Of a stretch of DNA of 64,000 nucleotides, positions 39,380-53,260 are shown one piece after another. The DNA is taken from assembly GCA_951406725.2 (NCBI GenBank), contig OX597816.1, positions 60,512,001 through 60,576,000 on the forward strand, in the 5' to 3' direction. Position 1 is the first letter of the stretch. The number at the start of each line of letters is the position of its first letter. The notes under the pieces were generated by a model that saw only the letters and a list, made by a program, of their open reading frames with translations, was not told the DNA's origin and did not search any database. The position numbers and the translations under genes were made by a program. The DNA comes from Octopus vulgaris. Taxonomy: Eukaryota.

Positions 39380-40080
39380 TCCAAGAGTTTCACTGTCTTT
39401 TTTGTTTACTCGGTATACCGTAGCAATCTCCTGTTCTTGGAGTGCAAATGTATAGTCCTTGAAGTGTCATGTAGTGGTCACGAAACCAAAAGAAGCTGTA
39501 CTTCCTGACGCTATTATTTTTTTCAAATCTATGCAGTGTCTTCTTTTTTTGTTTTTGTTTTTTTTTTCTTTTTCCAGGTCTTCTTTAAGGCATATTACTT
39601 CTGCTGTTTCGGGGCTGTACGATAGGTCATCAGGAAGAGAGTACTTCCTGAAGAGCTCACTGTCGACACAGGATGTTGTTCTCTTCATTTTTCAGCACTA
39701 AGTTTATGTGTTTATTTTTGCTGCTATTGTTTAGCAGGTGCTGTCTGAGAGAGACTATACGACATCCGAAGACTGATCCCAAGTCTCCACCTCCTGCAAC
39801 TTTTGTTTGGTAGAGCCTATCTTTATCGCTGTTTCTGTGGGAGCTTCCAGTTGATGCCAGGGTCTTACAGGTTTTAATATCTATAAAGTGGATTTCTTCT
39901 ACAGATCAGTCAAGTACCCTAAGTGTTGGAATCAGCAGTGGTACCGCAAATACATTGTGGGATGTTGTCTTGTTGTAAGAGGAGAGATCCGTCTGCCATA
40001 TTTTTCTAAGTCTGGTAAAATATTCTCAGGTCACTCTATCTTCATTCATGGCACTTTCTTAAATGTTTTCATCCGTGTCT
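39380..40080 (-). mobile_element. R4/Dong-type retrotransposon internal fragment
   Basis: YFTRLRKIWQTDLSSYNK..HNVFAVP, DIKTCKTL..GS.H.NSDKDRL, FALQEQEIAT. Confidence 0.7.
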
Positions 40081-40276
40081 AGGTATGTAAATATGTATGT
40101 GAATATTTGTGTCAACTCAGGAGTGCTACTGAAGACAGATAAGTAGTCCAGTACATGTCGCATGGACAGGTAGTTGGTAACTAAATCGGTTTGCGTGGAG
40201 AGGAGTTGCTAGGAACCCATAACAAAAACAAAACAAAACCACCGAAAGGATGGATGAACCCAACGACTATCTAGAC

Positions 40277-41122
40277 CAGTGGCTTTCAACAATTTTTTAT
40301 CTATGGACCATTTTGGTTCCTGTTTTACTCGAATGGACCTTCATAGTCACCCGATGTTTGAAAAATCCTATTATATTTTCATAATTAAATATTATTAGGA
40401 AGTGTATAAAGATTTGTTAAAATACTTTGTGCATTGTAGAAGCATAACTAACTTACTGCACATAAATTGTTGTTGGCATACTTTTGTCTCGGGAGACAAT
40501 GGAGTTGCGCATAAAATAATCCAGCCTGGTTTTTAAATTTTATGTCCTTTACATTTGCTGTGGCTGTGTAGTCCTATCCTGGACAAACACTCCCTCTGGT
40601 AGGTGACGCAGATGTAGCAAAGACTTTGCCTGGCTGGTTGTAATGTCATAGTTTCTTGTTGACGTCATTTCTTGTCATTCCATTTCTCCTCTCTCCCTCT
40701 GTCACTCCTCTGTGTTCCCTCTTCTATGGTACGTCGCCAGTCTCCACGGTTGCTGGCAACTGCTTCCCAGTTGCTAATATAGATGTCGTAGGCCTTCATG
40801 TCCCTTTTGCAGACATCCTTGTACCGTAAGAACGGTCTTCCCACAGACCTAGTGCCCCTAGCAAGCTCTCCTTGAGAATTCTGCCATCTTCCATACGACT
40901 AACATGTCCAAACCATCTCATACGTCTTTGTGTGAGGAGTGCAAACATGTTTGGTATTCCTGCTTGCTTGAGGACATCTTTGTTGGGGACACGATCCTGA
41001 CATTTGATGCGAAGGATTTTCCGGAGGCAGCGCAGGTGAAAGATATTTAGGCGACATAAATTGTAATAATAAGATATTATATGGAACCCTATGACCATAT
41101 AGAACCCAGTTTAAAAACACTG
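40277..41122. mobile_element. hAT/Charlie-type MITE interrupted by an RTE LINE
   Basis: CAGTGGCTTTCAAC / GTTTAAAAACACTG termini, left flank ATCTAGAC; related to 55741-56108. Confidence 0.7.
40471..41053 (-). mobile_element. 5'-truncated RTE-BovB-like LINE with 11-bp TSD
   Basis: FHLRCLRKIL.I..QDRVPN..VL, RRMRWFGHVSRMEDGRI; (CAA) tail; ACATAAATTGT at 40460-70 and 41054-64. Confidence 0.9.
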
Positions 41123-41739
41123 ATATAGTGCTATTAGTTGTGCATCATTAGTGAGTTACATAGATATACGTGATGTGCGTGCTAAACCCCTACTTTTTGC
41201 TTTAATATCTTCCTAGAAGAAAAATACTGTTACAAAACTTGAACTTTCATCGTCTGGTTATCCCAGCCAATGCTGGGCTATTGGAAGGAAAGCTTTTTTT
41301 AATCAGAAAAGCGAGTGCAGCTCTGAGCAGTTCTGTGCATGTCTCTCTCAGTTTCATGGACAGGAACTTCTTGGAGAAGACATTATGGATAAAAGTCCTG
41401 CGGCAACGGAGAGTAGTGGTAAATATAGGCTTGACCAGCAGGAAGTATTTCATTACAAACCTATACATAGATAGTTTGGGGATATTGGTAACTTATTTCC
41501 AAGATATGTCAATGGACGAATACGTCCGCACCTCGAGTAACTGAAAATCCCTTCTGGAGAGCTCACCAGTTAGTCAGAAAGGTCACAGAAAAGATAATCG
41601 AAATAAAGCTTCCCTAATTTTGGAAGAGACAAACAACCTCAGAGCACTCACAACATGCCCACACATACACACACATATCTCCTTCTCTTACACTCTCCTG
41701 TCTTAGAAAGAACTTTTTCTTCGCCCATTCCCTTCCGGT

Positions 41740-41925
41740 CATTTCAAAATATAACATGTGAATCGTTAGCGATTTTCTTCCTCCGTCTTCGTTTCTACCG
41801 GACTTTCCTCTGTTTCTGAAGAGTGTTGCTCGAAACTTTAAACCGTCTGCTAATATTTTACATGTACCACGTCCTCGCTTTGTTGTTTCTTTTTGTATTT
41901 GTTCTTCTTTTTTGGATTTACTATG
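41740..41925 (+). mobile_element. Older copy of the 16977 family; degenerate minimal HHR at 41812-41843
   Basis: GTTT-CTGAAGA-GTG ttg CTC-GAAAC-TTT-AAAC, followed by CCACGTCCTCGC.TTGTTGT as at 17154. Confidence 0.55.
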
Positions 41926-43139
41926 TATGTATGTATGTTTGAAAAAAGAAAGTACACAAATGGGTTGAGATTTTCTACAGCTGTTTCAGACGCGTTTTTT
42001 ATTGATGAATAAACTGATTCATCATGAAAAATAAGCGTTTTCTTCAGATGAATTAAAAACTTAGAATTCAAAATTTAAAATTTGGTTTAGAAAAAATATC
42101 AACATGTATGTATGTATGTATGTATGTATGTATGTATATATTATGTACTTGTGAGTGTATATGTATGTTCTGGGCAAGACTCTAAACTGCGTCCAGGCCT
42201 AGAGTCCCTGATTCGGGAGTGCTAGGCTTCTGAGAAATGTACAACTACCTCTTAACCAACATTGTTCTCAAGGTCCCGGTTATGAGTTAATTGGCATGTA
42301 AACATAAAGCACCGTGAGTGAGGGACACCATGCTGTTATCACAGCATCCTTCTAGGAGAGGAACTCTGATGTAAAACTTGCGGTTTCGCGAGATTGCCGG
42401 TCATCTCGCTCTAGCTTGTCATTAGGTACTAATCACGGAGATTCAGAGTGGTGCTCGTGTTGTACACGTGTTTATCACTCTTATCCATTGATGTACAGAT
42501 GTCTCTTTATGGTGAACCTATTTGTCATTCCATCTTGTTTAAAGTCTTATGGCGATGGGAAAGCGGTGGCGTGTACAGACCTAAGCAGTTAGAAGTGCAC
42601 AGTTACAAAGGAGCGAGACTTAATAGTCATCTTGGAGGTCAGGGATAGAAAGTAAAAAGATGCTAATTTTACTCAGCTAGCAAAAATGAGATGTACCTCT
42701 GGTTCAATAGGCCAGCCTTGTCCACATACGAAGTATCAAGTTAAATCTCACTGAAAACTATATTAAAGGGAGGCGTGTTTACGGAGTGCTCAACCACTTG
42801 TACGTTAATTTCACGGGTAGGCCGTTCTCTTGATCGGATCAACTGGACCAAAGGACGTCGCAACCGACGGAGTGCCCCATCCATGTATGTATACATCTTT
42901 GTATGTATGCATGTATTCTTTTATTTTTTTAGTTGTTTCTGTCATTTGGCCTCGGCCATGCTGGAGTGCCGCCTTGAAAGGTTTCAGTCAAACAAATTGA
43001 CTCAAGGACTTATTTTTTAGGCCTAGTACTTATTCTGGCGGTCTCTATAAGTGGTGATGGGGAACAAAAACAGACACGCACACACATAAATACATACATA
43101 TACACACATATATACATAGATACATACATACATATATAT

Positions 43140-43170
<31 letters not shown>

Positions 43171-43208
43171 CTGCCTTCGTCTTTTGTTTATTTTCATAAA
43201 GCTTCCCG

Positions 43209-43274
<66 letters not shown>

Positions 43275-43319
43275 GTATGCGTATATATATATGTATATAT
43301 ATATATATGTTTATTACCC

Positions 43320-43721
43320 TTTACTCTCTTTTACTCTTTTACTTGTTTCAGTCATTTGACTGCGGCCATCTTGGAGCACCGCCTATAATCGAGCAACTCG
43401 ACCCCGGGACTTATTTTTTTGTAAGCCCAGTACTTATTCTATCGGTCTCTTTTGCCGAACCGCTAAGTAACGGGGACGTAAACACACCAGCATTGGTTGT
43501 CAAGCAATACTAGGGGGACAAACACAGACACACAAACACACACACATATATACATATATACGACGGGCTTCTTTCAGTTTCCGTCTACCAAATCCACTCA
43601 CAAGGTTTTGGTCGGCCCGAGGCTATAGCAGAAGACACTTGCCCAAGGTGCCACGCAGTGGGATTGAACCCGGAACCATGTGGTTGGTAAACAAGCTACT
43701 TACCACACAGCCACTCCTGCG

Positions 43722-43724
<3 letters not shown>
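43320..43724 (-). mobile_element. SINE family A, full length
   Basis: Reverse complement of family A with a (GAGTAAAA) tail; a further partial copy at ~42925-43080. Confidence 0.9.
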
Positions 43725-43794
<70 letters not shown>

Positions 43795-43866
43795 GTATAC
43801 ATTCACACAGACACATATATATATAACACCATATATGGATGTATGTATCTATGTATGTAATGTAAG

Positions 43867-43906
<40 letters not shown>

Positions 43907-44145
43907 CAGTGAAAATTTCCAGAAAGGAAACATTATTATCAGCATTAATTGACGTAATTAGATTTGGTCTAAGCAGATGTTTTCTGCTAGGAATATAGAT
44001 AACATGATGACGTTGTTAAGTTCGTGAAACCCGATCCAACGTCTTTTGCAGCCTTCAGAATATTTTCCATTCACAGAACGCCTCGTTGTTGCTTCCGTAA
44101 AATACGCACACACGCACAGAAGATACTGCATGCGTGTGTGTGAGC

Positions 44146-44177
<32 letters not shown>

Positions 44178-44211
44178 GTGTGCGTGTATGGTGCATGTAT
44201 GTATGTGTGAC

Positions 44212-44257
<46 letters not shown>

Positions 44258-44402
44258 GATATATATGTATATGCATCTATATGTGTGTGTCTCTATATAT
44301 ACATATACAATCACATACACACTTATACAATCACGCATTCATATGTATATATCTATCTATATCTATCTATCTACCTACTTACCTACCTACCTACCTACCT
44401 AC

Positions 44403-44477
<75 letters not shown>

Positions 44478-44497
44478 CCTATCTATCTATCTATCTA

Positions 44498-44570
<73 letters not shown>

Positions 44571-44571
44571 T

Positions 44572-45029
44572 GGGGCTACAAACTACAGTAGCATCGACCC
44601 TTAGGGGTTAGCCATATTTAAATGGCAAATATACTTCACGATGTGTTGCAGCTACTGTTTATAACTCGCTCTAAGATTTATTATTGCTTGTTTACACTTT
44701 TTCGATATCAGTGTCTGTACGATACTGGAAAAAGTATATGTATTTGTGAAGGGAACCTACTTTTCATCGACAACTGTGATTGTTACACGCCGATGACGGG
44801 TCCATATCCAGAATCTCGAGTCCGTGTGTATCATAAGTTGAAGACGGGAAGGATGGCTTCCCTTTGCAAATACTGATAGGGCACAGAAAGCGTGTCTATA
44901 GCCAGCTGGAGGAGGTGTCCTTCTCGGGCTACAAACTACAGTAGCATCCACCCTTAGGAGCTAGCCATATTTAAATGGCAAATATACGTCACGATGTGTT
45001 GCAGTTACTGTTTATAACTAGCTCTAAGA

Positions 45030-45033
<4 letters not shown>
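44572..45033 (+). mobile_element. HHR-containing ~353-bp repeat, 1.3 tandem units, inside (TA)n; degenerate HHR at 44785-44827
   Basis: GGGCTACAAACTACAG at 44573 and 44926. ACACG-CCGATGA-cGGG tccata TCCa-GAAT-CTCGAG-TC-CGTGT. Confidence 0.8.
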
Positions 45034-45103
<70 letters not shown>

Positions 45104-45804
45104 ATATATATATATATATAGTTAATCCAAACATGAAAACACAAAGAGAAAACACAACAACGCGAGGACGTGGAACAAGTATATAATTTCACCTAATCGA
45201 AGCTTTACCACTCTCTACATTACATATATTTTTGTATGCAAAACGGCTGCTCCACACTCTCTATCACACTCACACCCAGTTTACGCATGACTGATAGCAG
45301 ATTGTTGGAGTGAAAACTTCCTTGGCGGTACGGTTGGGTGTAGCCTGATATGAAGCAATTAATTCGGAATATGTGATCGCACAGCGACATTGGACATTAA
45401 TAAAAACAAATGCCTGTGATCACAGAGCCGTGATTTTTAGCGGTTCTTATTACTGTTATTGTGGTAATAGTGTGGGCATGATGATGTCATGGTGGGTGAG
45501 AGGGCTAGTTGTTGGGCATCTGTCGTCAGAGCATTCAAGACGTCTAACGATAAAATTTTCCTCTCAATTTCGTCATACGATTTGTTCTAAGAATAGAGGA
45601 AATCCGAAGTGGAGGTAAGAGGTTCATCTGAGAGCATGAATGTGATAGCGTTTTATTGAGTTTCATGAGAGTATTGCGGAGGAAATTAATCTTTTGGTGG
45701 AAATCTATTTTTCGGTTTTGTACTGTTGGTTTGCTTTTGTTGTGGTGGGCGTTAATGCTTCTGTTGTAGTAAAAAATATTCATAAAGGATTTGTTAACAC
45801 ATCT

Positions 45805-45967
45805 GGCGTAGGAGTGGCTTTGTGGTAAGTAGCTTGCTTACCAACCACATGGTTGCAGGTTCAGTCCCATTGCGTGGCACCTTGGGCAAGTGTCTTCTAC
45901 TATAGCCTCGGGCCGACCAAAGCCCATGTGAGTGGATTTGGTAGACGGAAACTGAAAGAAGCTCGTC

Positions 45968-46037
<70 letters not shown>

Positions 46038-46123
46038 ATGTATGTGTGTGTATGCGTTTGTGTGTTTGTGTTTGTCCCACCAGTATCGCTTGACAACAGA
46101 TGCTGGTGTGTTTACGTCCCCGT
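45805..46123 (+). mobile_element. SINE family A, 3'-truncated
   Basis: Homology to the other family A copies. Confidence 0.85.
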
Positions 46124-46619
46124 GTATATATATATATATATATATCAATAATAATAGTGATTGCTTCTTATTAGGAACAATAGGGTTAATAGGAATGCTA
46201 TAGAAGTGATCAAGTAAATGAGACGAGTATAACAAATTTATGGTCACCCACTTAACATATCACATCTCGAACATTTAATCACAGAAGATGAAACAATATT
46301 TCATTTTGACAAGCACATAAAAAAGAATGTGAGTACTGTGCATTGCAATATAAAAAATAAAAAATTAATACTTCAGCGTCTAAAACCTTTTTTTAACAGT
46401 ATAACACATAGAATAATAAATATATTAAAATATTAAAAATACGTATATATAAGAAACATATAAATATATAAGGTATAGATAAAGTTCATCGTTTAAGAAT
46501 TTTTTACGATTAAAAGTTACTTCTTAAGATAAAAGGAAACCTATTAAGAAAAGCCGGTGTCCAAGCAAAAAAAAAAACATATTTACAGTCCCTATGGTCA
46601 TTTCAGGGGTTCATGGGTG

Positions 46620-46668
<49 letters not shown>

Positions 46669-46681
46669 GCGTATATATTTA

Positions 46682-46899
46682 CGAGGGGTTGCTGAGAAGT
46701 TCCTGGCTTTAAGGGTATTGCAAAAGGCCTGATTGGAGGCCTAACCTTCTATGTTCTATTACAGGGCTGAGAAAAATCGAAGGACCGTGGCCATAATTAT
46801 GTGAATCTGAGAGGGGAATATGTTGAATAAAATCCATAATTGACTGATCCTCCTGTATTTTCTTTTACCCAAAGCCAGGTACATTTCATCACCGCCTCG
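46682..46899. mobile_element. mariner-type MITE, inverted-repeat ends, TA flanks
   Basis: Homologue of 16643-16856. Confidence 0.8.
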
Positions 46900-46979
46900 T
46901 ATATATACATGTATCTAATACCTATAAATTTATATATTTATACCCACACATCTATCTATCTATCTATTTCTCTCGCTCT

Positions 46980-47063
<84 letters not shown>

Positions 47064-49177
47064 TATACATACATATACACACACACATATATATACATAT
47101 GTATATATACATATATACACATAAAATGTATGTACGCATGTATTATATACATATATATATATAACTTGGAACATTGTATTTATGAAGCACACCTCTTAAT
47201 TCTTTGATCCCATTGTGAATATTATATTGTATCAAGTATACCATGTTTCACGTCCAATATTGGCTAGTGCCTGTTCAGTCCATTTTTCAGAGAACACAGA
47301 AAAGGTTCCTCCTGTTTTCTTAAGGCATAAATATGTAAACTTTCTATATCCAGCCCTTGAAAAAAATCTTGGAACAAAGAGAGAGGTTTTCGTAATACAG
47401 TTCAGCTAAGTTTGAGACGCTAAGAGAAACTTACACAAGATAAGAACCTCTCTGGAAGGCAGTTTGCGAATGAATGTGCGGAAAATCGCGAGTTGCGATC
47501 ATTGCATTTGTTATGGTTATTGTCGCGCAAGTTTTCAAATCAAGTCTTGTGTCAGAAGCACTAAAGACATTGCTATTATTTTAGTTGGCCTCGCAACTTT
47601 AATGGTACTTTATTTATCGATCTCAGAAGGAGGAAAAGTAAAGTTGACCTTGGCGTGATTTGGACTCAGAAAAGTGAAGAGCTGGAACAAACATTGCAAA
47701 GTATTTTTCCAACACTTTAAATGTTCTCTTCGTCCACCACCATAATAAAAATATCAACTGTTTCTAATGTAGGTGCAAGGCCAGAAACCTGAGAGAAGGA
47801 ACTGTCGTTTATATTGATCAGAGCACTTGACCGATTGTTTTATTGACCGCAGAAGGCAGTTCTGACCACAGTGGCATTCTATATTTTTAGAATTCCTATC
47901 ATCACGCAAACTTCTAATCATAGTTGCATAAATTAAATATTTGTGAGAAAATCTGGAAGCGGTTTCATTCATTTACATCAAAATTATAATTGGAGACAAA
48001 CACGGCATACATGTACGTATGCACACGGACATAAATCATTATTTGTTTATCATTTTTAATATGATAGATTGGTAACAAAATTTATGAGTTCGAATGCCAG
48101 TGCGCTGAGTCACATTCTCATCTCTCCAGAATCTATAAAATAGACTTCAGTTATGTACTGTCACTGCTTCAATCTACAGTTGATAACCGTTTATCCACAA
48201 TTGTTTAAGACCGGATGTGTTTCCAATTTCGCTTTTTTCGAATAGCGGAATTATTGCATATTTGCATTACAAAAGGGAGTAGATTAAACACGGGTCAAAA
48301 GTTTAGGTACGTTATCTATTTACATTTCATCGCAGAGCTCAAAACATAAACCCTAAGAGTAGCTTTATATAAATCAAGCTTAGTCCAGTTTTGCGTGACG
48401 CAACTGTTTCAAAGTGGGGAACATTTACTTTACTTTTCACCAAAAGAAGCCTGCAACTTGTCTAAGCCATAATAGAGCTGTATGACATTTTCACTTTTAA
48501 CACTGGTTTTATGCATTTATGCTCACCAATAATATCCAGTATTTTTCTATTTATGGCGCTTCTGTCACTCGAAAACAAGGCGTTCTTCCATTACGCTTCG
48601 ATGGGCTACGGTTTCGTTCCGTAGTGAATTTGTCTTTTACTATCCCGTCTTCTTCCCCACCCATGCTCGATTTTGTAATATCACGAGATCTGGAGAACGT
48701 GCTTTTTTTTGTTTGAAGCTCAACTTATCTTGTCAGCTTTCGCTCAAAGAGGCAAGAACCCGACAATATCACTTGGATGATATTAATAAGAAATGCTTGT
48801 TTGATCGCTTATTGTTATAGGGACCGGTATGCTCGTAGTTGTTTGCTCATTGGTCGTTTTCGTAAGTGCCAGCGAACCAGATGTGGATGTAATGCAGAAA
48901 CTGATGTTGAATGATATTACCTCAAAAGTCGAAAGATTTTTACTTCTTGCTGAAGTAAATATGATCTCGGGATGATGTCTCTGTCATCCTCAGTTTTTCT
49001 GAATTTAGGGACAATTGACAATAAGGAACCTAGCGAGAAAATATTCTCCTTACCTTGGATTTTTGGTCAAAGATGATATAAAACATCATCATTGTCGATA
49101 CGCTTACCAAATCAAATGTCGATAATGCCATCTTTGCCACATCAGCGAAAATAGATAGATAGATAGATAGATAGATG

Positions 49178-49283
<106 letters not shown>

Positions 49284-49676
49284 AAAACAACCGACAGTTG
49301 TTGGGTTTTTCGATCCAAATCAATCATGAGTGAGCAGACCTAAAATCAAAAGTGTTCCGGTAGTGACCATCCTGAGAATGTGTATATTTATGACTATACT
49401 ATGCTAGTGTCTGTTTATTTAAGACACTATGGGTGTGATTTCCGGGAGATTTGGCTTCTGTTTCTAGCAGGTTCAGCACGCACGCTGAGGCTATCCCGTT
49501 GACTCGTAGACAGACAGACAGACAGAAAGAAAGAAAAAAGAAAGAAACAAACAAACAAAGAAAACCATGAAGGAAGGATGAAAGAAAAAATCCCGCCAGC
49601 AGTGAAAAAATAAAGTTTCTGCCGAAAGCAGTTTATGTGAAGGTCAGACAAAATTGTCGTTAAAAAAATATTTTTC

Positions 49677-50108
49677 GGATCTTTTCGGTTTGAACGGCAG
49701 TTTTTTCTAGCGGTGTCATATGAAATTGTCACCCATAATTATGACCCTAGAATCGATCTATTGCATTTCAATCTCTTTTAGGATTAGGGTTAGTTAGGGT
49801 TAGGATTAGAGCTGGGGGAAGGGTATCTTTTTTTCTTCACAAATGTAAATAAACCCGATCTGTTTATTAAACGAGGGACATATTCATACGGCACAGAATG
49901 CTTTTTAACTCAATAGACGTCACTTATTGGTTGAAATTGCAGAAATTGAAGAAAAAAAACAACAAATATCTTACAAATTATAGAATTTTCTCAATAAAGC
50001 CAAGAGAAAAAGATGTTTTATAAACACATTCTACCAGTATACGAAGTTTAAAATGTTTTAGTTACCTAGAAATTATGTTAAAAACTGCCGTTCAAACCGA
50101 AAAGATCC
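49677..50108. mobile_element. Merlin-type MITE carrying TTAGGG-like repeats
   Basis: TIRs GGATCTTTTCGGTTTGAACGGCAGTTTTT; perfect 8-bp TSD TATTTTTC. Confidence 0.92.
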
Positions 50109-51282
50109 TATTTTTCTTCTTTACTGCTATTTCTGGTAATTTCGATGAAATATATAATGGAGAGCTAATTAAGTAATTAAGAATCTTTTTCTCGACTCTT
50201 TTCTTCTTCGTTGTTTTAGTTAGTTTCTTTAATATTTTTTCTTCTATGTCTATATATCCTGTCCTCTTCTGTGTTCTACGTCCCTCTTCAGCCTTTCGTA
50301 TTGTTTTCCTTTTTTCTTCTATCTTCTTCCATCCCATTTTCTTTTGTCAACTTCTGTTTCGTCTTCGTTTGATTTCTTTTTTCTTCATCTCTCTACTGAA
50401 AACTACTTACTAATTTTTTCTCTTCTTTTTATTTTCCTTCCGCTTTTCGTGCATAATCTCGTCAATTAATATTCATCATTTCTTTCATAGACATAAGATC
50501 AGCAATTTGGTAGGAAGGAAAAGTCGATTAAATTATCCGAGAACTTGACTTGTTCTTCATTTTATCGACTCCAGAAGAACGAAAGGTAAAGTAGATTCCT
50601 GCAAGATTTCAACAGCAATAACATAGATGTCAGTCTTTTCTTTATTATTTACAAGAAATAAAAGAAATCATGGATTGTGAAAGACAAGTTTATAACTATG
50701 AAGGTTAGGGTGAGATATGTTATACAATATACTAAAGGACGTATTAAGATTCAAAGAAGCACTCACGTACGCGCACACACACATAAAATATAACATTTGG
50801 TGTTGAAAAACGAGCATTTTAGAATAATCTGTTTTAAGTTCGGTGTCTCTTCCATGTTTATATACTGAATCTTAACTGCTTTTGTGTTCATAACTTCTTC
50901 GCAAAGCCCGAAGTGTTACAGCTGCATAATGCTTGGTTTTCGAAGAACGGTGTTTCTTAGTTCATCGTGATTCACATTGTTTTGGGGTTTGTTTGATTTG
51001 GGTTTTTTTCATTAGTTTTTTGGTGGAGAAATTATTCCTCCTCACTTGTTTTTGTTATTTTATATCGAACCTTCTTATACTGTATTTTTTTTTTCGATTT
51101 TCTCTTCGCATTTTTACCGACTGTTTGTAAATTTTCATCTATAATTATTCTTGTTCCCTCACAGCACGATAAATGTGTGGAATTATTTACTCGTCTATTT
51201 CCAATATTGGGTATAAAGATATTTCCTTTGTCAATCCCAGAGCTTTGGCTGATAGCTCTCTACACTAGGGTTTGTTATTCTT

Positions 51283-51701
51283 TTTATTTCTTTATTGCCC
51301 ACAAGGGGCTAAACATAGAGAGGACAAACAAGGACAGACAAGGGGGTTAAGTCGATTACATCGACCCAGTGCGTAAGTGGTACTTATTTAATCGACCCCG
51401 AAAGGATAAAAGGCAAAGTCGACCTCGGTGGAATTTGAACTCAGAACGCAACGGCAGACGAAATACCTATTTCTTTACCACCCACAAGGGGCTAAAAACA
51501 GAGGGGACAAACAAGGACAGACAAACGGATTAAGTCGATTACATCGACCTCAGTGCGCAACTGGTATTTAATTTATCGACCTCGAAAAGATAAAAGGCGA
51601 AGTCGACCTCGGCGGAATTTTTTACTCAGAACGTAACGGCAGACGGAATACGACTAAGCATTTCGCCCGGCGTGCTAACGATTCTGCCAATTCGCCGCCT
51701 T
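51283..51701 (-). mobile_element. SINE family B, dimeric
   Basis: Reverse complement of the 24077-24495 type. Confidence 0.88.
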
Positions 51702-52511
51702 CAGGTTTGGTTATTCTTTTTGCCTTTGCTGTCAATCTTCATTGTTTTCGTTCTCACTCTCTCCCTTTCTCTCTCCCTTTCTCCTTTTCTCTTTTGCTTA
51801 ATTTTTCCAGTTCTTCAGTGCATTCAGTTCTGAAGTGTGTTTTACATCGACAAATGTAATATCCAGGCTTTCTGTCTTGTATCATTGATTTTATGCTCTT
51901 TGTCTCAGTACCTTCTACAGGGTACAATTCCAGTATGGTTTTGTGGCCTTCAGGTGTAAATCCTTTTTGATTCCTCCCTGATTACATACCAAATACTCTG
52001 CTTTGGCCACTCCCCCATACTGTGATACAAAAGTAGCTAATTGCCATGGACCCACGTCGCTCTTAGTGTTTCTTTTAGTCACTCTTGGATCCTGTACTGG
52101 AAAACAGATATATAGTCAAAATGATATCTGATCATTTTCGTCTGTGCTTTTGTTGAGTCTCCAGTTTTAAAAGCACAACAGATAGTGCCATACCTTCTAT
52201 CTTTAACAGTTGAAAGCACTTATCTCTATTTGTTGTGGAGGACCTATTGTACAGCTTGACGTGTCCGTTATTTTTTCACCCATGTCCAATATTTTTCAAT
52301 CTTCATCCAGCGATTCTGCGAAATCATAATCTTTTCTACTATAGGCACAAGGCGTGAATTTTGATGGGATGGGCTAATTGATTACATCGACCCTAGTACC
52401 CGACTGTTATTTATTTTTCCACCCCGAAAGGATCAAAAGCAAAGCTGACCTCGGTGGGATTTGGACTTAGAAAGTAAAGACGGATGAAATGTCGCTAAGT
52501 ATTTTGTCGGG

Positions 52512-53093
52512 CCCAGTCCTGGCCAAAAAGGAATACATACACCGACATGCTAGAATTGGGACTTATGTACACCGGAAGCTGTGACAGCAGTACGGAATGA
52601 CAAAAGGAAAAAGCTGGTATAGGCATACCCCAGTAAAGGTCTCCGAAAGTAACCAAGCCACAATACACTGGGATACACTAATATTCACAACTAGAGAGAT
52701 CAAAGCTAATATGCCAGGTATTGTTGTCAGAGAGAAATAAAAATGGCTTATAATCGACATATCAGTCCAAGATCACAAAATGTCTCTAAGAGAAGTGGGA
52801 AAAGTCTGGCAGTACAAAGATCTGGACATAGAGATAACTCGAGCGTGAGGCCTGAAGGTGAACATAATCCCTATAATGATAGGTGCACTGGTTAAAAAAC
52901 ATACAGATAAATATGTAACAAAACACCAGGTTTTAACATACAAAAAATATGTAACAAAACACCAGGTTATAACATACAGAAAATAGTACGGCTAGACACC
53001 TCACATATCCTATGTAAAAATAACAAGCCTGTGGTAAAAATAAACCACAGGACAGTAAAAGCACGTAATAAAAATAAAACAACTGAATAATAA
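52512..53093 (+). mobile_element. R4/Dong-type retrotransposon 3' end
   Basis: PVLAKKEYIHRH, WYRHTP, IHWD, IIDISV, YKDL.IEI, IP..IGAL; (TAA) tail. Confidence 0.75.
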
Positions 53094-53260
53094 TATATTT
53101 TGTTTACTAACAGAGTGATAGAGGAGAATGACACGAAGATGGACATACAGTGTGGGAATTTATATAGAATAGAATGAAAAAAATTACATGGTACACATCA
53201 TTGACAAAAATAATGGATGATGATGATGATGCCATCCTCTTGCTACAGGAGGACCTCTAG

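Noticed and set aside
42170-42400. RTE-like 5' UTR with a possible HDV-like ribozyme
   Set aside because: Could not build the nested double pseudoknot by eye.
45338-45790. HHR-like CTGATATGAAG...GGAATA and a possible PLE N-terminal ORF remnant
   Set aside because: Core too degenerate and protein similarity too weak to assert without a search.
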